Origin: Nitrosospira multiformis ATCC 25196
GTDB taxonomy: Bacteria; Pseudomonadota; Gammaproteobacteria; Burkholderiales; Nitrosomonadaceae
Length of the DNA stretch: 32,000 nt
Direction of reading: 5' to 3'
Assembly: GCF_000196355.1 (NCBI RefSeq)
Contig: NC_007614.1
Span: 2,850,001-2,882,000, forward strand
Shown piece after piece: positions 1 to 10,891 of this stretch. A model generated the notes under the pieces. The model was given only the letters and a program-made list of their open reading frames with translations. It was not told where the DNA came from and did not search any database. Every line of letters begins with the position of its first letter. The first letter of the stretch is position 1. The translations under genes were made by a program, and so were the position numbers.

Positions 1-284
1 ACGTCCGGCCGAACCTTCCGTATTACTCTTGCACTTTGCCAGAATGCCAGCAACAGACGCGCGGGCAGCAACAACCAGGTGCGAACGTTTTTCCCCCGCA
101 ATCCGGAGAAACGAATCGTCTCCAGGGCATGCCCCTGCTGCCGCGCCAGCGTTGTTTCCATTCCCCCTTCTGTTCCAAGCCAGACTATACGCCACCCGGC
201 CGCCTTCAAATACTCCGCCACGGCAAGACCGGGAAATACATGCCCGCCGGTTCCCCCCGCCATAATGAGAATCGTATGGCTCAA
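1..284 (-). CDS. murG: UDP-N-acetylglucosamine--undecaprenyl-phosphoryl N-acetylmuramyl transferase MurG, N-terminal part (runs off the window)
   Basis: Minus-strand translation from a TTG at 284: (M)SHTILIMAGGTGGHVFPGLAVAEYLKAAGWRIVWLGTEGGMETTLARQQGHALETIRFSGLRGKNVRTWLLLPARLLLAFWQSARVIRKVRPD. GGTGGH loop and context right after ftsW. Absent from the ORF track (TTG start, truncated). Confidence 0.93.
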   Translation of the reverse strand, partial: MSHTILIMAGGTGGHVFPGLAVAEYLKAAGWRIVWLGTEGGMETTLARQQGHALETIRFSGLRGKNVRTWLLLPARLLLAFWQSARVIRKVRPD

Positions 285-303
285 GACGCCATTCCTGAAT
301 TTT

Positions 304-1509
304 TCATATCCGATAACCTCTCGCCAACTGCCGGTTTTCCCAATCCGCGCGCAGCAGCACCGCCAGCGAGAGACAGCTTGCAACGATGCTGCTGCCACCG
401 AAACTCATCAACGGCAGCGTGAGTCCCTTCGGCGGGAGGACTCCCATATTCACGCCCACGTTGATGAATGTCTGCACTCCCAGCCATACACCGATACCCT
501 GCGCCACGAGTGCGGGAAAATAACGTCCCCTGACTGCCGACTGGCGGCCAATGATGAATGCGCGCGCTATTATCCAGGCAAACAACGCCAGCACGATCAG
601 GACACCGACGAAACCGAGTTCCTCTGCAATCACAGCCAGAAGAAAGTCGGTATGCGCCTCCGGCAGATAGAAAAGCTTTTCAACACTTCCGCCCAGGCCC
701 ACACCCAGCCATTCACCCCGTCCGAATGCAATCAGCGCATGGCTCAACTGGTATCCTTTTCCGTAGGGGTCATCCCATGGATCCAGAAACCCGAAGAAAC
801 GCTGCATGCGATAAGGGGCGTTCCAGACCAGGGCAAGAAGGCCAGCAATCAGGAAACCAATCAGCCCGGCGAATAGTTTCAGGTCCATTCCTCCCAGAAA
901 CAATATGGCCATCATGACAGTGGTAATGACAACGAAGGCGCCAAAATCCGGCTCGAGCAGCAGGAGAGCCCCTACGATGAGCGTGATGATCAGCATGGGA
1001 AGAAAACCCTTGCGGAAACTTCCCAGAAAGGCGGATTTGCGCACCGTGTAATTGGCCACGTAGATGACCATGAACAATTTCATGAATTCCGACGGTTGAA
1101 GATTCACCACCAGCAAGGATATCCAGCGGCGGCTACCATTGATTTCGCGGCCCACGCCGGGAACCAGCACCAGGGCCAGCAGGCATCCCCCCAGCAGAAA
1201 CAGTTGGAAGGAATATTTCTGCCACGACTCCATGGGGACCTGGAACGCAACAACGGCCACCAGCAAACCTGCCGCGACATAGGCGGCGTGCCGGATGAGA
1301 AAATAGGTCGGGTAACCGCTGCCCTCGCCCTCGGCAATCGAAATCGAGGCGGAATAAACCATCACCAGCCCAAGGCTCAGCAGGAGTATTGCTGTCCAGA
1401 TCAGGGCCTGGTCGAAATCCGCAGGCAGAACTTTCTGCTTTCCGGTACCGTACTGATAAATCATCTGATCAATGTCGTCCTGCAACCCCAGCTGAATTAC
1501 CGCCTGCAC
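304..1509 (-). CDS. ftsW: Peptidoglycan polymerase/division protein FtsW (SEDS family)
   Basis: 401 aa; [22 protein letters not shown]-like segment ([11 protein letters not shown]), PLPFMSxGGSS-like segment ([12 protein letters not shown]). Listed start overlaps murD by 41 nt; an internal ATG at 1464 (MIYQYG) is a likely alternative. Confidence 0.95.
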   Translation of the reverse strand: MQAVIQLGLQDDIDQMIYQYGTGKQKVLPADFDQALIWTAILLLSLGLVMVYSASISIAEGEGSGYPTYFLIRHAAYVAAGLLVAVVAFQVPMESWQKYSFQLFLLGGCLLALVLVPGVGREINGSRRWISLLVVNLQPSEFMKLFMVIYVANYTVRKSAFLGSFRKGFLPMLIITLIVGALLLLEPDFGAFVVITTVMMAILFLGGMDLKLFAGLIGFLIAGLLALVWNAPYRMQRFFGFLDPWDDPYGKGYQLSHALIAFGRGEWLGVGLGGSVEKLFYLPEAHTDFLLAVIAEELGFVGVLIVLALFAWIIARAFIIGRQSAVRGRYFPALVAQGIGVWLGVQTFINVGVNMGVLPPKGLTLPLMSFGGSSIVASCLSLAVLLRADWENRQLARGYRI

Positions 1510-2890
1510 GTGCGGCCTGCATGCTTCTTACCGCCGCAACGAACGCCTCCGCCCGATGCACATAGTTGTCGAACATATCGAAGCTTGCGCACGCGGGCGA
1601 CATCAGGACTGCATCGCCCTCCCGCGCCAGCTGAAAACTTTTCCGCACGGCCTCTTCCATCGTTTGAGCACGATGCAGAGGCACTCCGCACTCATTTATC
1701 GCCACTGCGATTTTTTCTGCATCCCGCCCGATGAGAACAACCGCGCGCCCATGCTCGCCTATCGGGGCAGCCAGGGGTGAAAAATTCTGCGCCTTCCCAT
1801 CTCCGCCGGCAATCAAAACCACGGGTTGCCCCAGACCTTTCAAAGCAGCCACCGTTGCACCCACATTAGTACCTTTTGAATCGTCGTAGAAGGTAATACC
1901 ACTGAAAGCCGCCACTTTTTCAACTCGATGGGGCAAGCCCCTGAATTCGCGGAGCGCCTGTAACAAAGGCTCGAACGGGACGGCCAGGGCGCGGCATAGC
2001 GCCAGTGCCGCCAGTGCATTTGCGCAATTGTGCCGGCCAGTAATGGCGAGTTCACGCGCGTCCATGAGACGCGTGTCTCCCTGCATCAGCCAGGTGTCTC
2101 CGCCTTCGCGAAGCAAGCCGAAATCGTCGGCGCTTTGTGGCGTAGCAAGACTGAAAGTGACGTGAGGTCTACCCGCTAACGTCATTTGCCGGACGACAGG
2201 ATCATCGCCATTCAGGATTTGCACACCCTCGCTGTCACCAAGAAATATCCGGGCCTTAGCAGCAGCGTATTCCTGCATGCCTGCGTAGCGGTCAAGATGA
2301 TCTTCGCTTACATTCAGCACTGCGGCTGCATCCAGTCCCAGACTCTTCGTGGTTTCCAGCTGGAAGCTGGAAAGCTCCAGCACCCACGCCTGGGGCATTT
2401 TTCCAGTATCCTCCCGGCGCATCAGTGCATCCAGTACCGCAGGACCGATATTTCCCGCTACTTCGACGTCCCACCCCGCTTTTTTTAACATTGCCCCTGT
2501 CATGGCGGTCACCGTGGTCTTGCCATTGGAGCCGGTAATCCCGACGAGTTTTGGCATGCCCCCCCCCGTGCCTCCGACTGCGCAGGCAAAAAGCTCCATA
2601 TCCCCGACCACCGGGATGCCTTCTTTCAGCGCCTGCTGCACAAGAGGCTCCGACAGGGGCAGACCGGGACTGATTGCGATTAAATCCACGCCGTAAAAGG
2701 CTCTGCCGGCCAGGGAACCTGTAAAAACCTCCGCCTGCGGCAGCAGGCTGTTAAACGCCCTCATGGCCGGTGGCTCGTTCCGGGTATCAGCTGCTCGCAC
2801 CAGCGCTCCGCGCCGAAACAACCATTTTGCCATGGAAAGGCCGGTCTCTCCGAGGCCCAGTACCAGAACAGTTCTGCCTTGCAGGTTCAT
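1469..2890 (-). CDS. murD: UDP-N-acetylmuramoylalanine--D-glutamate ligase
   Basis: 473 aa; [16 protein letters not shown]-binding [24 protein letters not shown]; dcw context. Confidence 0.96.
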   Translation of the reverse strand: MNLQGRTVLVLGLGETGLSMAKWLFRRGALVRAADTRNEPPAMRAFNSLLPQAEVFTGSLAGRAFYGVDLIAISPGLPLSEPLVQQALKEGIPVVGDMELFACAVGGTGGGMPKLVGITGSNGKTTVTAMTGAMLKKAGWDVEVAGNIGPAVLDALMRREDTGKMPQAWVLELSSFQLETTKSLGLDAAAVLNVSEDHLDRYAGMQEYAAAKARIFLGDSEGVQILNGDDPVVRQMTLAGRPHVTFSLATPQSADDFGLLREGGDTWLMQGDTRLMDARELAITGRHNCANALAALALCRALAVPFEPLLQALREFRGLPHRVEKVAAFSGITFYDDSKGTNVGATVAALKGLGQPVVLIAGGDGKAQNFSPLAAPIGEHGRAVVLIGRDAEKIAVAINECGVPLHRAQTMEEAVRKSFQLAREGDAVLMSPACASFDMFDNYVHRAEAFVAAVRSMQAARAGGNSAGVAGRH

Positions 2891-2900
2891 GATTTCAACT

Positions 2901-3995
2901 TTATCTCAGCTTCAGGGAAGACAAACCGAACAGCACTAGCATCATGGTAATGATCCAGAACCGGACCACTACCTGGTTTTCCTTCCAGCCTTTCAATTCG
3001 TAATGATGATGTAACGGCGCCATACGAAAAATGCGCTTGCCGATCAGCTTGAATGAAGCCACCTGCAGCATGACCGACAGGGTTTCCACTACAAACACGC
3101 CTCCCATGATGAGCATAACGATTTCCTGTCGCACTATCACTGTCACGATTCCAAGTGCCGCACCCAAGGCAAGCGCTCCGACATCTCCCATGAAGACTTC
3201 CGCCGGATAAGCGTTAAACCACAGGAAAGCAAGTCCCGCCCCCGCCAGAGCACCGCAGAAAACCGCGAGTTCACCGGCCTGGGGGATATGAGGCATACCG
3301 AGATATTTTGCGAATACCGCATGGCCGGCCACATAGGAAAAAATCGCCAGAGCGCTGCTGATCATCACGGTAGGCATGATAGCGAGACCATCCAACCCGT
3401 CGGTCAGGTTTACCGCATTGCTGGTACCGACGATGACGAAATAGGTGAGCGCCACGAATCCTGTCACGCCAAGCGGGACGGCCACCTGTTTGAAGAAGGG
3501 AACTATCAGGGTTGTCTGCGCGGGCAGTTCGGCCGTCAGCACCAGGTAGAGCGCCACCAGGATCGCAATGGCCGATTGCCAGAAAAGTTTCGCCCGGGCG
3601 GAAAGTCCTTTCGGATTGCGATATACCACCTTGCGGTAATCATCCACCCAACCGATCATGCCGAAACCGAGGGTTGTGATCAGGACAATCCACACGTAGC
3701 GATTGCTGAGATCCGCCCAGAGCAAGGTGGTAATGGCGATAGAGACGAGTATCAGCGCTCCACCCATGGTGGGTGTGCCCGCCTTGACCAGATGTGTCTG
3801 GGGTCCGTCGTCGCGAACCGCCTGGCCGATTTTGTAGGCGGTGAGCTTCCGTATCATCGCCGGACCCACGATAAACGAGATTATCAGCGCGGTGAGCGCA
3901 GCCAGAACCGTACGCAATGTAATGTAACTGAACACGTTGAGCAGGCGGATGTCTCCGGCAAACCATTGAGCAAGCTCTAGCAGCATGGCAGCCAT
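2901..3995 (-). CDS. mraY: Phospho-N-acetylmuramoyl-pentapeptide-transferase
   Basis: 364 aa; [59 protein letters not shown] signatures. Confidence 0.97.
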   Translation of the reverse strand: MAAMLLELAQWFAGDIRLLNVFSYITLRTVLAALTALIISFIVGPAMIRKLTAYKIGQAVRDDGPQTHLVKAGTPTMGGALILVSIAITTLLWADLSNRYVWIVLITTLGFGMIGWVDDYRKVVYRNPKGLSARAKLFWQSAIAILVALYLVLTAELPAQTTLIVPFFKQVAVPLGVTGFVALTYFVIVGTSNAVNLTDGLDGLAIMPTVMISSALAIFSYVAGHAVFAKYLGMPHIPQAGELAVFCGALAGAGLAFLWFNAYPAEVFMGDVGALALGAALGIVTVIVRQEIVMLIMGGVFVVETLSVMLQVASFKLIGKRIFRMAPLHHHYELKGWKENQVVVRFWIITMMLVLFGLSSLKLR

Positions 3996-4074
3996 CCGTG
4001 TGAAATGCCCCGGGATTTACCAGACTCACCGAAGAGGACTATGACGTCGATAACTGGATTCGCGGCCTGTAAAC

Positions 4075-5490
4075 TCATAACCCGGCTTCCAGACGCTTTA
4101 CGACTCGCTCCATCTGCATGAAACGCGACCCTTTGATCAGTAGGGTGACATCCGGGCCTGGCAACGTTTCTATATTTGCCAGCAGATCCTCCATTTTTCT
4201 GAAATGGCGAGCTCCGATGCCGAACTTTTCCGCCGCGTATGCACTCAAATCTCCCAAAGCCATGAGTTCGTCTATCCCCGCAATTCTCGCTTCGTCACCG
4301 ATCTGTTCATGAAACTCTCTTCCTTTGTCGCCCAGTTCTCCCATGTCCCCCAGCACCAGGACTTTTTTACCTTCCGCCCTTGCAAGCACCGCCAGGGCCG
4401 CCCGTACCGAATCGGGGTTGGCGTTGTAACAATCATCGATCAACGTCGCGCCGCGCACACCGCATTTCCTTTGCATTCTTCCTTTCACTCCGCCAAATGT
4501 GCTCAATCCCGATGCGATCGTCTTCAAGGACACACCGACGGCTACGGCCACGGCCGCGGCAGCCAGCGCATTTCGCACGTTATGTTCGCCCGGTACCTGC
4601 AGAGTCGTCTCCTCGACCCCTTGAGGTAAAATCAGTGTTATTTGCGCGCCGGAAAAAGTCAGTTTGTAGTCTGCACTTACTTTTGCCTTACTCTTCAGAC
4701 CAAAATCGATTATTTGCCTGTTACCCGCAAGTTCACGCCACAGTCTATTGTGTGGATCATCTGCATTGATAACCGCTATTCCCTGCTGGTCGAGTCCTTC
4801 AAAGATCTCGCCCTTTGCGCGAGCGACTGCTTCAACTGACCCAAGTCCCTGAATGTGCGCATCGCCGGCATTGGTGATGAGCGCTACCGAAGGCTTTGCA
4901 AGGCGGGAAAGGTATGAGATTTCGCCTGGATGGTTCATGCCCATCTCTATGACCGCATAGTGATGCCGCTCACGTAATCGCAAAAGTGTGAGGGGCATCC
5001 CTATATCGTTGTTGAGATTGCCCTGGGTTGCCAGCACTGCATCCGGAGCATCCGTTCGCATCTCCTCCGGCGCCTGCTCCGCGGCGCGCCTTAAAATGGA
5101 GGCAATCATCTCCTTTACAGTCGTCTTGCCATTACTTCCCGTTACTGCAACTAGGGGTATGGTGAAGCGCGCGCGCCAGTATGCCGCCAGTTGCCCTAAT
5201 GCCAGCCGTGTATTCTGCACCCGTATCAGCGGAATCCCGTATTCCTGATCCCCGGTCAGCCTGTCCTGCTGCACCAGGGCCCCCATAGCGCCCCTGTCCC
5301 GTGCCTGGACGATAAAATCATGACCATCGAAGTTGGGACCGACCAAAGCAACAAACAGCTCCCCTCGTGCAAGTGCGCGGCTATCCGTGCTCACCCCCGT
5401 GAAATCGATCTTGCCCGCAACCATCCGATCATGGCGCCCCCCCGCCAAGGTTGCGGACAGAACCTGGGCCGCCTCCTGCAAACTCATCAT
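4075..5490 (-). CDS. murF: UDP-N-acetylmuramoyl-tripeptide--D-alanyl-D-alanine ligase
   Basis: 471 aa; [36 protein letters not shown]; dcw context. Confidence 0.96.
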   Translation of the reverse strand: MMSLQEAAQVLSATLAGGRHDRMVAGKIDFTGVSTDSRALARGELFVALVGPNFDGHDFIVQARDRGAMGALVQQDRLTGDQEYGIPLIRVQNTRLALGQLAAYWRARFTIPLVAVTGSNGKTTVKEMIASILRRAAEQAPEEMRTDAPDAVLATQGNLNNDIGMPLTLLRLRERHHYAVIEMGMNHPGEISYLSRLAKPSVALITNAGDAHIQGLGSVEAVARAKGEIFEGLDQQGIAVINADDPHNRLWRELAGNRQIIDFGLKSKAKVSADYKLTFSGAQITLILPQGVEETTLQVPGEHNVRNALAAAAVAVAVGVSLKTIASGLSTFGGVKGRMQRKCGVRGATLIDDCYNANPDSVRAALAVLARAEGKKVLVLGDMGELGDKGREFHEQIGDEARIAGIDELMALGDLSAYAAEKFGIGARHFRKMEDLLANIETLPGPDVTLLIKGSRFMQMERVVKRLEAGL

Positions 5491-7061
5491 ATCTGCGCCT
5501 GCGCTTTCTCCGTGATCAATGCTTTTCTCGCCACCTCTGCATCGCTGAAAGGAAACTTTTTACCACCTGCCTCCTGCCAGGTTTCGTGCCCCTTACCCGC
5601 GATCAATACGACATCACCCTTATGCGTGCCCCGTATGGCGCGATGAATCGCAGCTGCCCGATCCTTCTCGATGCGATGATTGGCGGCAGCTCCAACGGCG
5701 ATGCCACGAATAATGGAATCCGGATCCTCGCTTCGTGGATTGTCACTGGTGATGATGGCTTCATCAGCCAATCGGGTCGCCACTTCCCCCATCAATGGAC
5801 GCTTGCCTTGATCGCGCTCGCCCCCGCAACCGAATACGCAGACGAGCCTTCCTGATCCCGTCTCCGGCTTCCCGCCAGGGAAACCGGCGTCCACCGCTTC
5901 CCGCAGCGTGGTCAATACCTTTTCCAGCGCGTCCGGAGTATGAGCGTAATCCACAACGATGAGGGGTTCATCTCCTTCCCCACCTATCTGCTGCATGCGA
6001 CCTGCTACAGGCTGGACTTTCTGCAAGGCTCGGACCGCTTCCGGGAAAGCGATACCGCTTGCAAGCAGGGTAGCGAGCACTCCTAACAAGTTGGAAGCGT
6101 TGAAGCTGCCCAGCACTTCCGCTTTGAATTTCAGACATTCCCCTTCAAATTCAATGTCGAATTCCAGCCCCGCCATGCTTGCCCTGAGATTGCGACCCCA
6201 TACCCTCCTGAAGGAGCCAGGATTGGGGTGCGCGCTTACCGGATCGGTAAACCCATAGCCGATCATGCCGGTTCCAGTTCCTTCCAGATCGTGCAAAAGC
6301 TGCATGCCAAATACGTCGTCGAGGTTCAGCACGGCATACTTGAGCCCCCTCCAGTGAAACAGCCGCGCTTTGGCAGCTGCATACACTTCCATGGTACCGT
6401 GATAATCGAGGTGATCGCGCGAAAGATTGGTGAGCATGGCAACTGCAAACGTTGCTCCGTTTATCCGTCCTTGCACAATCCCATGCGACGAGACTTCCAT
6501 TGCCACGCATTCCGCGCCCCGCCGCAAAAAATTAGCTATTTTAGCTTGCAATAACACTGAATCGGGGGTGGTATTTGCAGAAAATTCCATTTCTCCGGGA
6601 AAACCGGCGCCCAGCGTGCCGATGACTGCGGCTTTACGATCGAGTGCCGCCATCGCCTGGACAATCCAGTGGCTGCAGGATGTTTTGCCATTCGTTCCCG
6701 TCACTCCGATCAGCCATAGCTTTTGTGAGGGATGATCATACAAATAGTCTGCGATGAATCCCGCCTCGGATTTCAAATCCGGGACTGGCAGGTTAGGTGT
6801 TTTCCATTCCGGGTCCCATGCAAAGCCATCGCGTTCCCACACTACTGCGCGGGCACCCCGCTCTATCGCGTGCGGAATGAATTTACGTCCATCCGTTTTT
6901 TCTCCGCGATAGGCCAGAAAAGTATCCCCCGGTTTCACGGTGCGGCTGTCAACCGCAAGATGCTCCATCCTGACACCGAGCCGGTCAAGCGCATGGAAAT
7001 CAAAACCGGCTCCCGGGCGGCCGGGACATTCCGATATCTTCCTGTCCGACCTGGAACTCAT
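5487..7061 (-). CDS. murE: UDP-N-acetylmuramoyl-L-alanyl-D-glutamate--2,6-diaminopimelate ligase
   Basis: 524 aa; VDSRTVKPGDTF, GVTGTNGKTS, EVSSHGIVQGR, DYAHTPDALEKVL, SDNPRSEDP signatures; overlaps murF by 4 nt. Confidence 0.96.
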   Translation of the reverse strand: MSSRSDRKISECPGRPGAGFDFHALDRLGVRMEHLAVDSRTVKPGDTFLAYRGEKTDGRKFIPHAIERGARAVVWERDGFAWDPEWKTPNLPVPDLKSEAGFIADYLYDHPSQKLWLIGVTGTNGKTSCSHWIVQAMAALDRKAAVIGTLGAGFPGEMEFSANTTPDSVLLQAKIANFLRRGAECVAMEVSSHGIVQGRINGATFAVAMLTNLSRDHLDYHGTMEVYAAAKARLFHWRGLKYAVLNLDDVFGMQLLHDLEGTGTGMIGYGFTDPVSAHPNPGSFRRVWGRNLRASMAGLEFDIEFEGECLKFKAEVLGSFNASNLLGVLATLLASGIAFPEAVRALQKVQPVAGRMQQIGGEGDEPLIVVDYAHTPDALEKVLTTLREAVDAGFPGGKPETGSGRLVCVFGCGGERDQGKRPLMGEVATRLADEAIITSDNPRSEDPDSIIRGIAVGAAANHRIEKDRAAAIHRAIRGTHKGDVVLIAGKGHETWQEAGGKKFPFSDAEVARKALITEKAQAQI

Positions 7062-8821
7062 ACATCACCCTTGTTGTCCTTGGGCGGGGCAGCTGTCAGG
7101 GAGGTCATATTGCCCCCCGGCGCATCGTGTGGCACGTTCTGCATATGCAGGATGCCGTGCATCACCCGGCTGAAAACCGGCGCGGCCACCGTACCTCCGT
7201 AATATTGTCCGGCTGATGGCTCGTCCAGCATCACTGCAATGACATATCTTGGATTCGAAACGGGCGCATAACCGACAAAGGTCGAAAGATAGCGGTTTTT
7301 TGCATAGCCTCTGCCTTCCAGCTTGTGCGCGGTACCAGTCTTCCCCGCCACCCGATATCCGCTGACCTGCGCCTGTGGAGCGGTACCCCCTGGCTGCGCC
7401 ACCATCTCGAGCATGCGGCTCACGGCCAGCGCTGTATCGCGTGAAATCGCGCGCTTGCTGACGGGAGCCGAGTCGAGCTTCAGCAGCGATACCGGTTTTA
7501 TTTCACCTTCCGCGGCAAAAATCATATAAGCGCGAGCGAGCTGCATCAGGCTCACTGCAATACCGTGACCATACGACATGGTCGCCTGCTCGATGGGACG
7601 CCAGGTTTTATAAGGCCGCAGCTTGCCGCTCACCTCGCCCGGGAAACCGGAGCCCGGCAGCTCTCCGAATCCTGCTCCATTCAGCATTTCCCACAGTGTT
7701 TGTGGTGGAAGCGACAGCGCGATCTTCGCTGAACCGACGTTGCTGGATTTCTGGATCACCTGCGTGACGGTCAAGGCCTCTGTCCTGTGCGCATCGCGTA
7801 TGGTCGCCTTACCTATGGTGAATGAGCCCGGCGCGGTTTGAAATACAGTGTCCGGGGTGATTCTCCCTGCTTCCAGCGCTGCCGCTACGGTGAACGGCTT
7901 GAGCGTGGAACCCGGCTCGAACATATCGGTGACGGCCCTGTTACGCGACTGCGCACTATTCCTGTTGGACCGGTTGTTCGGGTTGTAGGTCGGGAGATTC
8001 ACCAGAGCCAGGACTTCGCCTGTCTTCACATCGAGTGCCACCAGGCCGCCGGCCTTGGCCTTGTGGGTTTCCACCGCCTGCTTCAATTCACGGTAGGCGA
8101 GGTACTGTATTTTGCTATCTATCGACAGCGCCATGTTCTGGCCCGGCTTCGGTGCCCGGATGCTTTCGACGTCCTCGATGATATGGCCTTTGCGATCCTT
8201 GATGACTCGGCGGCTTCCCGGCTTGCCAGCAAGCTCATCCTGCCAGGCCAGCTCGATACCCTCCTGCCCCCTGTCGTCCAGATCGGTGAACCCGAGGACG
8301 TGCGAAGTCAGGTCTCCCGCAGGGTAGTAGCGCCGATACTCGCGCTTGAGAAATATGCCGGGGATTTTCAGTTGAACGACGCCGGCTGCCACGGCTGGGG
8401 ACAGATGCCGCTTCAGGTATACGAAATCGCGTCGGGACGCCGCCCGGGAACCTTGGGAGGCTCCTGCCAGTCCGCCCAGGCGCTTGTGAAGCTCGTCCGC
8501 ATCCATATCGATCAGATCCGCGAGCCTGCTTAACTGCTCGGGGGTGGCAACCACATCCTGAGGACTCAGCCATACGGATTCCACGGGAGTGCTTATTGCC
8601 AGGGGCTTGCCGTACCGATCGGTGATCATTCCCCTGTTTGCGTTCATCTCGAGCACTCGGCCATAACGCGATTCGCCCTTCTGCTGCAAAAACCCGTTGT
8701 TCATTCCCTGCAGATAAGCAGCGCGTCCCCCCAGCCCGGCGAATCCAAGCAACAATAAACCCACCAGGAGGCGTGAGCGCTGGGCGGGCAGGATAACAGG
8801 CGGCTTTTGATTGGCTTTCAT
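7058..8821 (-). CDS. ftsI: Peptidoglycan D,D-transpeptidase FtsI (PBP3)
   Basis: 587 aa; N-terminal TM, MNANRGMITDRYGKPLA, active-site FEPGSTLKPFTVAAA, SSNVG, GKTGTAHK. Confidence 0.95.
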   Translation of the reverse strand: MKANQKPPVILPAQRSRLLVGLLLLGFAGLGGRAAYLQGMNNGFLQQKGESRYGRVLEMNANRGMITDRYGKPLAISTPVESVWLSPQDVVATPEQLSRLADLIDMDADELHKRLGGLAGASQGSRAASRRDFVYLKRHLSPAVAAGVVQLKIPGIFLKREYRRYYPAGDLTSHVLGFTDLDDRGQEGIELAWQDELAGKPGSRRVIKDRKGHIIEDVESIRAPKPGQNMALSIDSKIQYLAYRELKQAVETHKAKAGGLVALDVKTGEVLALVNLPTYNPNNRSNRNSAQSRNRAVTDMFEPGSTLKPFTVAAALEAGRITPDTVFQTAPGSFTIGKATIRDAHRTEALTVTQVIQKSSNVGSAKIALSLPPQTLWEMLNGAGFGELPGSGFPGEVSGKLRPYKTWRPIEQATMSYGHGIAVSLMQLARAYMIFAAEGEIKPVSLLKLDSAPVSKRAISRDTALAVSRMLEMVAQPGGTAPQAQVSGYRVAGKTGTAHKLEGRGYAKNRYLSTFVGYAPVSNPRYVIAVMLDEPSAGQYYGGTVAAPVFSRVMHGILHMQNVPHDAPGGNMTSLTAAPPKDNKGDV

Positions 8822-9135
8822 GATTTCGATGCTTCCTTGGAGTCGGTCGAATCGACAGGTTCCCCCAGGGGCTGACTCAAGGGTATGGTCTGGATACGCT
8901 TGGGGTCCGGCAAGCGCATCTGCAGCTGCCCCGTGGCAATTTTTTCAATACGGGCATGCGTTGCCCAGGTGCTTTGCTCAAGCTGCAACTGCCCCCATTC
9001 CTCCGCCAGCTGCCCCGCCAGTTGCTGCTCCTTTTCCAGTTCCACAAACAGCTTGCGCGCCTTGTGCTGTGAAGTCACAACACTCAGCGCGCAAGCGATG
9101 AGAATTAAGGTCAACAAAATATTTATTCTGATCAC
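8818..9135 (-). CDS. ftsL: Cell division protein FtsL
   Basis: 105 aa; single N-terminal TM then a predicted coiled-coil, between ftsI and rsmH, overlapping ftsI by 4 nt. Confidence 0.88.
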   Translation of the reverse strand: MIRINILLTLILIACALSVVTSQHKARKLFVELEKEQQLAGQLAEEWGQLQLEQSTWATHARIEKIATGQLQMRLPDPKRIQTIPLSQPLGEPVDSTDSKEASKS

Positions 9136-9175
9136 ACCAACCTCTCATCAACCAAAAACGCGCAACGGAATTCGG

Positions 9176-10126
9176 CTAAGTGGTGTTTATCCGCTCCGCC
9201 ACGCGCATCACTGCGCTGCGCGCGCGAGGATTGCATTCGACCTCCGCCACGCCGGGGCGTACCGCCTTCCCAACCATCTGCAGACTTGCCCTGCTGAAAC
9301 GTCGTACCTCGTCGGCGCGCAGCGGCAAGTGCTTAGGCAGTTTGTCGGTATTCGCTCCTTCACGTATGAAACGCTTCACTATTCTATCTTCCAGCGAGTG
9401 AAAACTGATGACGACCAACCGGCCACCCGTCTTCAGCATCTCGACACACTGCGGTAAGGCAAGCGACAGCCTCTCAAGCTCCTGATTGAGGTAAATCCGG
9501 ATGGCCTGAAAGGTACGCGTCGCCGGATTCTGTTTTGGCTCACGCGCGCGCGCGGGTATGGCCGCTGCCACGATCGCGGCAAGTTGACTGGTAGTGACGA
9601 GAGGCTGTCGCGCTCTAGCCTTGACAATCGCTCTTGCAATCTGCTTAGCAAACCGCTCTTCGCCATATTCTTTTATCACCTCTTCCAACTGGACTTCCGA
9701 CGCCGAAGCCAACCACTGAGCTGCTGTCTGCCCTTCTGTTGTATCCATGCGCATATCGAGCGGTCCCTCCATGCTGAAACTGAAACCGCGTGTGGCTTCC
9801 TCGAGTTGGGGTGACGACACGCCCAGATCCAGTAATACTCCGTCGATCTGGCCGATGTTCAACTGCCGCAGCACCTCCTGCAACCTGGAATAACTGCTGT
9901 GAACCATGCAGAAGCGTTCGTCTCCAAAACTCCGTCCAACCGCACAAGCGACCGGATCCCTATCGAACGCGATCAATCTTCCGTTCTTTCCGAGGCGCTC
10001 CAGTATCAGCCGGCTGTGCCCGCCCCGCCCAAATGTTCCATCCACATATATCCCATCCGGCTTGAGTGCCAGCGCTTCCACCGCCTCCTGTAGCAGAACA
10101 GTAGTGTGCTTTCCTGCCTCAGCCAC
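9176..10126 (-). CDS. rsmH: 16S rRNA (cytosine(1402)-N(4))-methyltransferase RsmH (MraW)
   Basis: 316 aa; [77 protein letters not shown]. Confidence 0.97.
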   Translation of the reverse strand: MAEAGKHTTVLLQEAVEALALKPDGIYVDGTFGRGGHSRLILERLGKNGRLIAFDRDPVACAVGRSFGDERFCMVHSSYSRLQEVLRQLNIGQIDGVLLDLGVSSPQLEEATRGFSFSMEGPLDMRMDTTEGQTAAQWLASASEVQLEEVIKEYGEERFAKQIARAIVKARARQPLVTTSQLAAIVAAAIPARAREPKQNPATRTFQAIRIYLNQELERLSLALPQCVEMLKTGGRLVVISFHSLEDRIVKRFIREGANTDKLPKHLPLRADEVRRFSRASLQMVGKAVRPGVAEVECNPRARSAVMRVAERINTT

Positions 10127-10129
10127 AAA

Positions 10130-10573
10130 TTACAGTGAAAAACCTTCGAGTTCCTGGGGAATGCCGTCTCTGAACGCGAGCGCGCTCTCCATCTGCAAAT
10201 TCCATTTCTCGCTGTCCCATAGCTCGAATTTCGCACCTTGTCCCACCAGAACCACCTCTTTGTTCAAACCTGCAAATGCCCGCAGAGAGGGGGGCACAAG
10301 AATGCGACCGACGCCATCCATCTCCACATCGCAGGCATTGCCAACGAGAAGTCGCTGCAAGCTGCGGGTTTGGGGATTAAAGCTGGAAAGACTGTTGAGC
10401 TTTTGCTCTATGGGCTCCCATACGGGCTGAGGATAAATCAACAAACACTTGGATGGGTCGGCAGTGACAATCAAATGACCGGCGCAAAGGGATATGAGCG
10501 TCTCCCGGTATCTTGCAGGCACGGCGAGTCTACCCTTGTTATCCAGACTGACAGGTGTCCCACCGCGAAACAT
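10130..10573 (-). CDS. mraZ: Transcriptional regulator MraZ
   Basis: 147 aa; [24 protein letters not shown], second half [33 protein letters not shown]-type repeat; first gene of dcw cluster. Confidence 0.95.
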   Translation of the reverse strand: [147 protein letters not shown]

Positions 10574-10618
10574 TGCTCCCCTTATTTACTCTACGGAGGA
10601 AAACCGCAGAAAATCATC

Positions 10619-10643
10619 TCCCACTTCTACCCACTTTTACCCA
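10619..10643 (-). promoter_or_regulatory. MraZ-binding boxes: three TGGG direct repeats at exact 10-bp spacing
   Basis: Minus strand reads TGGGTAAAAG TGGGTAGAAG TGGGA (CCCA on plus at 10620-10623, 10630-10633, 10640-10643), 46-70 nt upstream of the mraZ ATG. Matches the known TGGGN5 repeated MraZ operator. Confidence 0.85.
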
Positions 10644-10671
10644 CTGTAGTTAAAAAAAAAGCCAAAGTCAA
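10643..10671 (-). promoter_or_regulatory. Probable sigma70 promoter of the dcw cluster
   Basis: Minus strand TTGACT (10671-10666) - 17 nt - TACAGT (10648-10643); -10 directly abuts the first TGGG box. Confidence 0.6.
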
Positions 10672-10826
10672 GGAAGAGAATGAGGGATTATAAAAGGTAG
10701 GGAAGTATGGAAATTTCCGGTCTCGACTGTAGGAAAAGATAAATGTGCCGGTTACAACGGCCGGTGGGAGAAGGGAGAAGTCGGCATTCGGGTCGGTAAC
10801 GCCTCCGCAACAACTTTTATACATAC

Positions 10827-10854
10827 TTGCTTTTGTTGCGTGGCCGTCTATAAA
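10827..10854 (+). promoter_or_regulatory. Candidate sigma70 promoter for the Cys-rich small protein gene
   Basis: TTGCTT (10827-10832) - 16 nt - TATAAA (10849-10854), about 38 nt upstream of the start codon. Confidence 0.35.
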
Positions 10855-10891
10855 CCTATTCTCTGTCCCGCGTCCATACCTGCCTGGAGGA

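Noticed and set aside
79-876. 265-aa plus-strand ORF over murG/ftsW
   Set aside because: Antisense shadow of clearly conserved murG and ftsW coding sequence; low-complexity, His/Gln-rich translation without motifs.
3288-3980. 230-aa plus-strand ORF over mraY
   Set aside because: Antisense to conserved mraY; His/Gly-rich shadow ORF typical of GC-rich genomes.
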